DNA of 64,000 bases, taken from the NCBI GenBank assembly GCA_964016885.1, contig OZ024764.1:16058001-16122000 (forward strand). Reading direction: 5' to 3'. Position numbers and translations under genes: made by a program. Shown here piece by piece: positions 27,301 through 40,585 of the stretch. How positions within the stretch are numbered: position 1 is the stretch's first letter; each line of letters opens with the position of its first letter. The notes under the pieces are model-generated. The model saw nothing but the letters and a program-made list of their open reading frames with translations, was not told the origin of the DNA and ran no database searches. Origin of the DNA: Eledone cirrhosa. Lineage: Eukaryota.

Positions 27301-30300
27301 GTTGTAGTATAGCTGTGGTATAGTGTGGTAGGGTTGTAGTGTAGGTAGTGGTATAGTGTGGGAGGGTTGTGTTGTAGTATAGTGTGGTAGGGTTGTGTTG
27401 TAGTGTTGTGTTGTAGTATAGGTAGTAGTATAGTTAGTGGTAGGGTTGTGTTGTAGTGTAGGTGTTAGCTTTCTTTATTATCTAAAGTCCAATGTCTGTG
27501 TCAAGCCAAGTTGATGAGGCTGTCCTGGTTTCGTGGCATGAAGCGACTCAGCGGACAGGACCCCCCCCCCAGCGACACCACCACCAACAACACCGACACC
27601 ACCAGCAGCACCATCAACACCAACACCACCACCACCAACAACAACACCACCATCAACACCACCGACAACAACAACACCACAACCACCAGCACCGTCAACA
27701 ACACCACAACCACCACCAACAACACCACCGACACCACCAACACCACCAACACCACCACCACCACCACAATCATCAACACCACCACAACCACCACCACTGA
27801 CACCACCACCACCAACAACAACACCACCACCACCAACAACAACACCACCACCATCAATATCAACAACACAACCACCACCACCACCACCAACAACAACACA
27901 ACCACCACCACCGACACCACCACCACCAACAACAACACCACCACCACCAACAACAACACCACCACCATCAATATCAACAACACCACCGACACCACCATCA
28001 TCAACACCACCACAACCACCACCACCGACACCACCACCACCAACAACAACACAACCACCACCAACAACAACACCACCACCACCAACAACAACACAACCAC
28101 CACCACCGACACCACCACCACCAACAACAACACCACCACCACCAACAACAACACCACCACCATCAATATCAACAACACAACCACCACCACCATCATCAAC
28201 ACCACCACAACCACCACCACCGACACCACCACCACCAACAACAACACAACCACCACCAACAACAACAACACCACCACCATCAATATCAACAACACAACCA
28301 CCACCACCATCATCAACACCACCACAACCACCACCACCGACACCACCACCACCAGCAACAACACAACCACCACCAACAACAACAACACCACCACCATCAA
28401 TATCAACAACACCACCGACACCACCACCATCAACAACACCACCACCATCAATATCAACACCAACACAACCACCACCACCACCACCATCACCATCAACAAC
28501 ACCACCACCACCACAACTAACGCCACCTACACCACCACCACCATCACAACACCACCAACACCAACACCACCACCATCACAACTAACACCACCTACAACAC
28601 CACCACAACTAACGCCACCTACACCACCACCACCATCACAACACCACCAACACCACCACCACCACCACAACTAACGCCACCTACAGTCTGCCTGTCATCT
28701 TTTCTCCTCAGTCCACTGCTGGGACTACCGTCGTTTTGTTGTCAAGAACTCCACCAATGTCACCTTACAGGACGAGTTTGACTTCACAACAGCCAAGATC
28801 TGTAAGAATTTTTCCAATTACTCCTCCTGGCATTACCGTAGCAAGCTACTCCCACTACACCAGCCACACCCAACTGAGCCGCTTGCCACAAAAGAGGAGG
28901 CTCTTCTCAAAGGTAATTTTTTTTGCATCAGTTGTTAGCTGTCGAGACACTGCATCCCTTAAAACCTCCATGGAACAAACTACCTGCATCAGTTATTAGC
29001 TGTCGAGACACTGCATCCTTTAAAACCTCCATGGAACAAACTCCCTGCATCAGTTGTTAGCTGTCGAGACACTGCATCCTTTAAAACCTCCATGGAACAA
29101 ACTCCCTGCATCAGTTGTTAGCTGTCGAGACACTGCATCCCTTAAAACCTCCATGGAACAAACTCCCTGCATCAGTTGTTAGCTGTCGAGACACTGCATC
29201 CCTTAAAACCTCCATGGAACAAACTCCCTGCATCAGTTGTTAGCTGTCGAGACACTGCATCCTTTAAAACCTCCATGGAACAAACTCCCTGCATCAGTTG
29301 TTAGCTGTCGAGACACTGCATCCTTTAAAACCTCCATGGAACAAACTACCTGCATCAGTTGTTAGCTGTCGAGACACTGCATCCTTTAAAACCTCCATGG
29401 AACAAACTCCCTGCATCAGTTGTTAGCTGTCGAGACACTGCATCCCTTAAAACCTCCATGGAACAAACTACCTGCATCAGTTATTAGCTGTCGAGACACT
29501 GCATCCTTTAAAACCTCCATGGAACAAACTCCCTGCATCAGTTGTTAGCTGTCGAGACACTGCATCCTTTAAAACCTCCATGGAACAAACTCCCTGCATC
29601 AGTTGTTAGCTGTCGAGACACTGCATCCTTTAAAACCTCCATGGAACAAACTACCTGCATCAGTTGTTAGCTGTCGAGACACTGCATCCTTTAAAACCTC
29701 CATGGAACAAACTCCCTGCATCAGTTGTTAGCTGTCGAGACACTGCATCCTTTAAAACCTCCATGGAACAAACTCCCTGCATCAGTTGTTAGCTGTCGAG
29801 ACACTGCATCCCTTAAAACCTCCATGGAACAAACTCCCTGCATCAGTTGTTAGCTGTCGAGACACTGCATCCTTTAAAACCTCCATGGAACAAACTCCCT
29901 GCATCAGTTGTTAGCTGTCGAGACACTGCATCCTTTAAAACCTCCATGGAACAAACTACCTGCATCAGTTGTTAGCTGTCGAGACACTGCATCCTTTAAA
30001 ACCTCCATGGAACAAACTCCCTGCATCAGTTGTTAGCTGTCGAGACACTGCATCCCTTAAAACCTCCATGGAACAAACTACCTGCATCAGTTATTAGCTG
30101 TCGAGACACTGCATCCTTTAAAACCTCCATGGAACAAACTCCCTGCATCAGTTGTTAGCTGTCGAGACACTGCATCCTTTAAAACCTCCATGGAACAAAC
30201 TCCCTGCATCAGTTGTTAGCTGTCGAGACACTGCATCCTTTAAAACCTCCATGGAACAAACTACCTGCATCAGTTGTTAGCTGTCGAGACACTGCATCCT

Positions 30301-30702
30301 TTAAAACCTCCATACTTCCTGATATTCCCCCTCCATACACACACACACACGTATATCCTGACTCATACACTATTCACTTCCATGACATTTGTATATTATT
30401 CTATGTACTATACATGCACCTGAGCACTGTACACAATAATTTCATTATTATTATTTAAACACACACATACATTCATACAAACACACACATACATTCATAC
30501 TACTAAAGTGTTTCTTATTTTGTATTACAGAGTTTGAAATAGTCCAAAATGCCATGTTCACTGATCCTGATGACCAAAGTGCTTGGTTTTACCACAGATG
30601 GTTACTGGGCAGAGGTACATACTATATATATATATATACACCTTCTCTCATTTAACATAGCTTTCTATCTTTCTATCTCTATCTGTTTGTCTGTCTGTAT
30701 AC

Positions 30703-30736
<34 letters not shown>

Positions 30737-33700
30737 GTTTCTATCTATCTATCGCTGACCGAGCTGCAGTCCTGAGTCAAGCAAAGACCGAGGAAAATGG
30801 CCGATTGGCACATCGAATGTGCTCAGGCGCTCACAGCCCTCTGGCAGGCGGACCCGGCGATCAGTGGAGACTCCACTTCGTCATTCTATAGAGAGTTGAT
30901 CCGCAGCAAGTGCGACGACGTGCTCGGAGAAACTCTAGGTGTAGAGGAAGACGAACTGGCCAGTCTGTTCGGTAGGACCTACCGCCCGGGACCGATGGAC
31001 AACTTCCAAAAGTCCCTGACCCGGCAGTGCTACCGAGGAGCTCTACCAGTTTGAGACAAGCTCTACAGACATGGGCGCCCGGGCAGGGACCCTGCAAAAA
31101 GATCTGTCCGAGATGTGTGCGAGACGAAGAAACCGTCGCGCACGCATTCATACACTGCCCGGGCGTCACTGACCTGTGGGGCTATGTAGAACGACTATTG
31201 ACGCGGGTGGGACCAATCCGGTTGACCACCGAGTCCATTGTCATGATCAAACCGCCACCCTCCTTCAAAAACGAGGGAGAGGCGGTTTTCCTCTGTGTGA
31301 TAGCTATGGCGAAAGAGGTTGTATGGTGGACGAGGTTAAAAGGGCTGAGGTCAGACACCTTTCTCTCCGGCCAACAACTGATTCTTTTTTTCAAATACCA
31401 CTTTGGAAGAAGAATCAGGATGGAGAGAGAGGTGCTGTACCCCAGGATGGAGAGAGAGGTGCTGTACCCCAGGATGGAGGGAGAGGTGCTGTACCCCAGG
31501 ATGGAGGGAGAGGTGCTGTACCCCAGCAAGTTTTATGAAAGGTGGGTGAAAGTGGCGAGAATGGCCCGAGTGAATGGGCCTTCTCTCTATATCAGCCTGT
31601 AGGTTGAGGGAAGAGAGGAAAGGGGTACTCACTCTTCGAACTCCTGGAGATGAGGGTTGCACAGTTTTTTCGGGGGTACGTGTTACCCATATGTAATGTC
31701 TCCCCCTATTGGGGAAAATCGATTAATTTTTAAATTGCATTTGTGATAGTATTTTACATGTTTTTATTGTATGTAAACTTCCCCCTTTGTATTTGTCCCC
31801 TTCTTTTGTGCCCCTGTAGCTAATAAAGAAACATATCTATCTATATGCTGGCGTAAAGTTATTTCCCCTGCAACTGCCTTTTTTGTGGGGGTTGTCTTAT
31901 CTGGCGAATATAGGCCTAAACCTTAATTACATCTTAGAATTTTAAGGGTCAACCTATGCATCAGATCGACTTATACGCCGGCATATACAGTGTCTATCTA
32001 CCTACCTCCCTACATACCTCCCAACCTACCTACCTACCCACCTACCTACCTACCCACCTACCTACCTACCTACCTCCCAACCTACCTCCCTCCCTACCTA
32101 CCTACCTACCCACCTACCTATCTACCTACCAACCTGCCTACCTACCTACCTACCTCCCAACCTACCTCCCTCCCTACCTACCCACCTACCTACCTACCTC
32201 CCTACCTCCCTCCCTACCTACCTACCCACCTACCTACCTACCCACCTACCTACCTACCTACCTACCCACCTACCTACCTACCTCCCAACCTACCTCCCTC
32301 CCTACCTACCTACCTACCCACCTACCTATCTACCTACCTCCCTCCCTACCTACCTACCTACCCACCTACCTACCTACCTCCCAACCTACCTACCTACCTA
32401 CCTCCCTACCTACCTCCCAACCTACCTCCCTCCCTACCTACCCACCTACCTACCTACCTACCTCCCTCCCTACCTACCTACCTACCTACCTACCTACCTC
32501 CCTACCTCCCTACCTACCTACCTCCCCACCTACCTATCCACCTACCTACCTACCCACAAACCTCCCTACCTACCTATCTACCTCCCTCCCTACCTACCTA
32601 CCTACCTCCCTCCCTACCTACCTACCTACCAACCTGCCTACCTCCCTACCTACCTATCCACCTAACTACCTACCCACCAACCTGCCTACCTACCAACCTA
32701 CCTACCTACCTCCCTACCTACCTACCTACCTACCTCCCTCCCTACCCACCTACCTACCTACCTCCCTACCTACCTACCTCCCTCCCTACCTACCTACCTA
32801 TCTACCTACCTCCCTCCCTACCTACCTCCCTCCCTCCCTACCTACCTACCTACCTCCCCACCTACCTATCCACCTACCTACCTACCTACCAACCTGCCTC
32901 CCTACCTACCTCCCTACCTACCTACCTACCTACCTACCTACCTACCTACCTCCCTACCTACCTCCCAACCTACCTACCTCCCTCCCTACCTACCTACCTA
33001 CCTACCTCCCACCCTACCTACCTACCTACCAACCTACCTACCAACCTACCTACCTACCTACCTCCCTACTTACCTATCTACCTACCTCCCTCCCTACCTA
33101 CCTCCCCACCAACCTGCCTACCTACCAACCTACCTACCTCCCTACCTACCTACCTACCTACCTACCTCCCTACCTACCTACCTACCTCCCTACCTACCTA
33201 CCTACCTACCTCCCTACCTACCTACCTACCTACCTCCCTACCTACCTACCTACCTACCTACCTCCCTACCTACCTACCTACCCACCTACCTCCCTCCCTC
33301 CCTACCTACCTCCCAACCTACCTACCTCCCTACCTACCTACCTACCTCCCTACCTACCTACCTACCTACCTACCTGCCTACCTACCTCCCTCCCTACCCA
33401 CCTACCTACCTACCTACCTACCTCCCTACCTACCTACCTACCTCCCTACCTACCTACCCACCTACCTACCTACCTACCTCCCTACCTACCTACCTACCTC
33501 CCTCCCTACCCACCTACCTACCTATCTACCTACCTACCTCCCTCCCTACCTACCTACCTACCTACCTACCCACCTACCTACCTACCTACCCACCTACCTA
33601 CCTACCTACCTACCTACCTACCTACCTACCTACCTACCTATCTACCTCCCTCCCTACCTACCTCCCTACCTACCTACCTACCTACCTGTCTACCTACCTA

Positions 33701-34704
33701 CCTGTCTACCTACCTCCCTACCTACCTACCTACCTACCTACCTACCTACCTCCCTACCTACCTACCTACCTACCCACCTACCTGCCTACCTGTCTCTTCT
33801 AATCCTCTCTAATCTATTTCTAGGACAGATTACAGCAGAGATTCTGCAAGCCATTGTCTCCCCAACCAACAGCCTCATCGTCAGCTTCACCAAACCCATT
33901 CACCCAGTAAGTCCTCTCATCACACTTTAGCTATTATGACTATCTAAAGATCTGAGAGTCGCAATCGTGAGGTTGTGAGTTCGATTCCCAGACCAGGCGA
34001 TGCGTTATGTCCTTGAGCAAGACACTTTATTTTACGTTGCTCCTTCTACCTGGAGAAAGATAATAATAATAATAATTGTTTCTACTTTAGGCACAAGGCC
34101 AGCAATTACCCAGTGCATTACTGGTACTTTATTTTATCGACCCCGTAAGGTTGAAAGGCAAAGTCAACCTCGGCGGGATTTGAACTCAGATCGTAAAGGG
34201 ACGTAACTATGCTGGAAAGCATGGCGTCCGACCCTCTACCGATACTGCCAATCCACCGATAATAATAATAATAATGAAATTATTGTGTACAGTGCTCAGG
34301 TGCACTACAACTCATCAAAGGTGCATGTATAGTACATAGAATAATGTACAAATGTCAGGAAAATGAAGAGTGTATGAGTCATGATATAATAACAATAACA
34401 ATAATGAAATATTGTGTACAGTGCTCAGGTGCACCACAACTCATCAAAAAAGTGCATGTACAGTACATAGGGCAATGCACAAACATCAGTAAAATGAACA
34501 GTGCACGAGTCATGATACACACGTGTGCATGTGCATGGAACAATGGGAACATTGTTTCCTCAGTCCGATTTGTAGATGATATATATATATATATATGTTT
34601 ATATAGTTACATTCCAGGAACGTAACTATATTGATTATTTATTTAACTATATATGTTTATATATATATGTTTATTTATATATATATATATATGTGTGTGT
34701 GTGT

Positions 34705-34744
<40 letters not shown>

Positions 34745-34745
34745 T

Positions 34746-34782
<37 letters not shown>

Positions 34783-34783
34783 T

Positions 34784-34822
<39 letters not shown>

Positions 34823-34823
34823 T

Positions 34824-34858
<35 letters not shown>

Positions 34859-34889
34859 TTATATATATATATATATATATGTGTGTGTT

Positions 34890-34922
<33 letters not shown>

Positions 34923-34997
34923 TTATATATATATATATATATATGTGTGTGTTTATATATATATATATGTGTTCATGTATGTATATATGTGTGTTTT

Positions 34998-35028
<31 letters not shown>

Positions 35029-35096
35029 TTATATAGATATGTGTGTGTATATGTATGTATATATGTGTGTTTATATATATATATATATATGTTGTG

Positions 35097-35141
<45 letters not shown>

Positions 35142-35900
35142 TACATACAGAGTGGTCCCCAAAAAAGTAAACTTTGATTCCCTGCTCAGGCAACATCTAT
35201 AAGAATGCTGTTGATATGTGTATACATTTTTAGGGGACACCCTGTGTATGATGATGATGATGATGTATATATATATCTATATATGACACCCTGTGTATGA
35301 TGATGATGTATATATATATATAACACCCTGTGTATGATGATGATGTATATATCTATATATGACACCCTGTGTATGATGATGTATATATATATATATATCT
35401 ATATATATATGACACCCTGTGTATGATGATGTATGTATATATATATATGACACCCTGTGTATGATGATGATGTATATATCTATATATGACACCCTGTGTA
35501 TGATGATGTATATATATATATATATCTATATATATATGACACCCTGTGTATGATGATGATGTATGTATATATATATATATATGACACCCTGTGTATGATG
35601 ATGTATGTATATCTATATATGACAGCCTGTGTATGATGATGTATATATATATATATATATATATGACACCCTGTGTATGATGATGATGATGTATATATAT
35701 ATGACACCCTGTGTATGATGATGATGTATGTATATCTCTCTCTCTTCCAGGTAGAAAGCTGTGAGAAAGTGGAAGTTACCATCAATGGGACAGCTGTTAA
35801 CCCCTCCTCTGAACAATGGTACAACCCATTTCACACTGACTACTACAGCCCTGTGTGGATATCCTTTTTACCAGCACTACTACTACTACTACTACTACTA

Positions 35901-35931
<31 letters not shown>

Positions 35932-36014
35932 CACTACTACTACTGCTACTACCACTACTGCTACTACTACCACTATTACTACCACTACTACTACTACTAC
36001 CACTACTACTACTA

Positions 36015-36075
<61 letters not shown>

Positions 36076-39000
36076 CACTACTCTCTTCCTGATATTTCAA
36101 GCGTTAAACTAATATATTTCTTCCATGTAAAGTGCCATTTGTTTTGTTATTTCTGTTTACCTTTTACATACATATACACACACACACATATATACATATA
36201 CACATGTATATCATCATCATCATCATTTTACGTCCGCTCTTCCCTGCTTGCAAGGGTGGGACGGGTCCTATTAAGCACAGCATCTCTCCACTCGTCACGG
36301 TCCTTCGTCATCTCCACCGTGAGCTTCAATGATCTGAGGTCTGTTCTCACCACCTCCGCCCATGTTTTTCGTGGTCTACCTCTACCACGTCTTCCTTCAA
36401 CTGGCATTTCCTGGCACTTCTTCACCCATCAGTCATCCTCCATGCGCATCACATGTCCATACCACCTCAGTCTCCTCTCCCGTACACTACATTCTATTCC
36501 TCTCAGACACAGTTTCTCTCTCAACACATCACATGTCCATACCACCTCAGTCTCCTCTCCCGTACACTACATTCTATCCCTCTCAGACACAGTTTCTCTC
36601 TCACCACATCACATGTCCATACCACCCCAGTCTCCTCTCCCGTACACTACATTCTATCCCTCTCAGACACAGTTTCTCTCTCACCACATCACATGTCCAT
36701 ACCACCTCAGTCTCCTCTCCCGTACACTACATTCTATCCCTCTCAGACACAGTTTCTCTCTCACCACATCACATGTCCATACCACCCCAGTCTCCTCTCC
36801 CGTACACTACATTCTATCCCTCTCAGACACAGTTTCTCTCTCACCACATCACATGTCCATACCACCTCAGTCTCCTCTCCCGTACACTACATTCTATCCC
36901 TCTCAGACACAGTTTCTCTCTCACCACATCACATGTCCATACCACCTCAGTCTCCTCTCCCGTACACTACATTCTATTCCTCTCAGACACAGTTTCTCTC
37001 TCAACACATCACATGTCCATACCACCTCAGTCTCCTCTCCCGTACACTACATTCTATCCCTCTCAGACACAGTTTCTCTCTCAACACATTTATGCTGGGT
37101 CGTTCACGCACATTTACACTGCACATCCAACGGAGCATGCTTGCCTCATTTCTCTCCAGCCGTCGCATATCCTCTGCAGTTGCTGCCCATGTCTCACTAC
37201 CATGCAGCATCACGCTCCTCACACAGGCATCATACAACCATATATATATATATATATTTAAAATCCGCTTGGATTATCTATTTATTTTGGGATCGGAAAC
37301 CGCGGTAAAGACACATAGTAAGTACAGTGAACTTTTTGAAATTTATTTTAAAACTTTTTCTCTGTTTGCTAAACCTTGATTTTATATGTTCTGGCATGTT
37401 AATTTATTAGCCTGCCATTTATTAGCCTACCATTGAACCACACTGACATACGGTTGGACAATATTTGTATCCCTATATGTATTTTTTACATGTAGGAACA
37501 CATATTTTATTATATATATCATCATCATCATCATTTCATTTTACGTCCACTTTTCCCTGCTTGCAAAGGTGGGACGGGAACTGATTCTGGCTTGATTTCG
37601 ACAGCTGGATGCCCTTCCTAACACCAACCTCATTTACAGTGAGTGCTGGGTGCTTTTTTGCCGTGGCACCTCCACGACCACTTTACAGTGGAATGATAGG
37701 GACCCCAGTCCTTATCATCTCATTTCTACAGCTGAGTAAACTGGAGCAATGTGAAATAAAGTGTCTTGCTCAAGGAAACAACACATCACCCGGTCTGAGA
37801 ATTGAACTCACAACCTTTCCATTGCAAGGCCAATGCTCTAACCACTAAGCCATGTGCCTTCATATATATATATATATGATAATGATGATGATGATGATGT
37901 ATATATATATATTCCGTCAGTAGCCGAAATTCTATATAAATGTCATCACTTCCTTGACTGGTCAGTAAATTCTTCAACTTCCTGATGAGATCGTGTTTGG
38001 CAGTCCCCAACTGGACGTGACTGTTACATTGACTGTTGGTTCCAAGTCCCAGGCCAGCTGTAGCCTCTCTGTCACCAATGTCAAGGGTCAAACCTGTTCT
38101 TCTTCGTCGAATATCAACATGGAAACTATTTTCAAGTTGGTTCCATTTTTTTCCATGTTTTTTTTTGGGGGGGGGGTGGTATGTGGTGGTATGTTTGTGT
38201 GTGTATGGTGGTGTGGGGGGGGGTATGTATGTGTGTGTGTGATGATGTGTGTATGTGTGTAGCTGTGTGTGTGTGGTAGTATGTACTACCACCACCACTA
38301 CTACTACCACCATTACTCTGTATTTTCAGCTCAGAACTCAGTGCTGCTAAAACTGCCATCTTGGAGAAGGAATTAGAAATCATTCAAGAACTTTTGCAAT
38401 TGGAGACTGAGAACAAATGTTAGTGTTGTTACTGTTGTTTCATTATATAGTAGAAGTGCAAGAAAGTATAACATTAAAATGTAATGGAAGCCTAAAGACG
38501 CAATTAAAAGTTTTCAGTAATGAAAAGTAAAATATCGTATTACAGTTACAAAAAAAATTCTAAATAAGCCTACAAGGTAAAAATTAAAAACGGTCATCGC
38601 AGGCCGGATTGTGGCCCGCGGGCCGCCTGTTGCACACCCCTGTTCTACTGTATATTTATCTGTATCTGTGTGTTCTTGTTGCAGGGGCCATGTTAACAGT
38701 TGTGCAGTTGATGCAGGCGTTAAATTCGCTGCACTATAATACAGATATACATCGCTACCTGGACAAACTGAGGGAGATTGACCCAACAAGGAACAACTAC
38801 TACATGGATTACAGTAAGTCAACTTCTCCTTAGGGGATTCTTTTGTTTAGGGACCTTTCCCTGTCACTATGTTGCCTCTTACACACTTCTTTATAGATAA
38901 GACCCCATTCTCTACTGTAGTGTCCATGTATAATACCCCACTCTCCACTGTAGTGTCCTTATATAAGACCCCACTCTCTACTGTAGTGTCCTTATATAAA

Positions 39001-40554
39001 ACATCACTCTCTACTGTAGTGTCCGTATACAAGACCCCACTCTCCACTGTAGTGTCCTTATATAAGACCCCACTCTCTACTGTAGTGTCCTTATATAAGA
39101 CCCTACTCTCTACTGTGGTGTCCATATACAAGACCCCACTCTCTACTGTAGTGTCCTTATATAAGACCCCACTCTCTACTGTAGTGTCCTTATATAAAAC
39201 ATCACTCTCTACTGTAGTGTCCGTATACAAGACCCCACTCTCCACTGTAGTGTCCTTATATAAGACCCCACTCTCTACTGTAGTGTCCTTATATAAGACC
39301 CTACTCTCTACTGTGGTGTCCATATACAAGACCCCACTCTCTACTGTAGTGTCCTTATATAAGACCCCACTCTCTACTGTAGTGTCCTTATATAAGAGGC
39401 CCTCAGTACATTACTGGTACTTTATTTTATCGACCTCGTAAGGATGAAAGGCAAAGTTAACCTCGGCGGGATTTGAACTCAGAATGGCAAGGGCCGTAAC
39501 TCTTTGCGTCAAAACATGGCGTCCGACCCTCTACCGATACTGCCAATCTACTGCCCTAATAATATTAATAATAATAATAATTTTAGATAATAGAGTTATG
39601 GCCCTTTACGTTCTGAGTTTATATCCCGCTGAGGTTAACTTTGCCTTTCATCCTTACGGGGTCGGTAAAATATAGTACCAGTAATACACTGGGGTAATTT
39701 CTGGCCTTGTGCCAAAAGTAGAAAAAAATTATTATTATTATTTTTATCTTTTGTTGTATTTCAGAAAGTAAAATGGCGATAGAAAACCAGATAAAGTCAT
39801 TGAGTGGCAGTGAAAGTAAAGTTGTACTTAAGGGACTTGATGTCTCTACAGTTTATCATCTGGAACATCTTATGTCAGTTCCAGATCTGGACTTCTCCTC
39901 CAACAACATCTCTTGTCTACACATGTTTGCCTATCTACAGTGTGTGCAGCACCTGAACCTCGACCACAACTGGGTCACATCTGTTGAGGGCCTCCACCAT
40001 CTGCCAGACCTCACACGCCTATCCCTCTCTCACAACTGTATCCTTTCCGCTTACTTTCTATGCTTTGTTTGTGTTTACTGTGTTTCAGTGTATGTCCGTG
40101 CTGTGGCACTACCACCAGGGGGAGCTATGGTGAGACCAACACCAGGGGGAGCTGTAGTGGCACCACCACCACTGTATATATATATATATGATGGGGGCAC
40201 ATGGCTTAGTGGTTAGAGCATTGGCCTTGCAATCGAAAGGTTGTGAGTTCAATTCTCGGACCGGGTGATGTGTTGTTTCCTTGAGCAAGACACTTTATTT
40301 CACATTGCTCCAGTTTACTCAGCTGTAAAAATGAGATGATAGGGACTGGGGTCCCTATCATTCCACTGCAAAGTGGTCGTGGAGGTGCCACGGCAAAAAA
40401 GCACCCAGCACTCACTGTAAATAAGGTTGGTGTTAGGAAGGGCATCCAGCTGTAGAAATCAAGCCAGAACCAGTTCTTGTCCCACCCCTGCAAGCAGGGA
40501 AAAGCGGACGTAAAGTGATGATGATGATGATATATATATATATATATACACTGG

Positions 40555-40585
<31 letters not shown>

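Larger units (their letters stand above)
35859..37968 (+). other. U12-type (minor spliceosome) intron with AT-AA termini
   Basis: 5' ATATCCTTT; branch site TTCCTTGAC at 37950-37958; the in-frame acceptor 11 nt past the branch A is ...GTAA|. Confidence 0.8.

Noticed and set aside
37964-37978. Canonical AG (37965) or AC (37978) acceptors for intron 8
   Set aside because: AG gives an immediate in-frame TAA; AC shifts the frame
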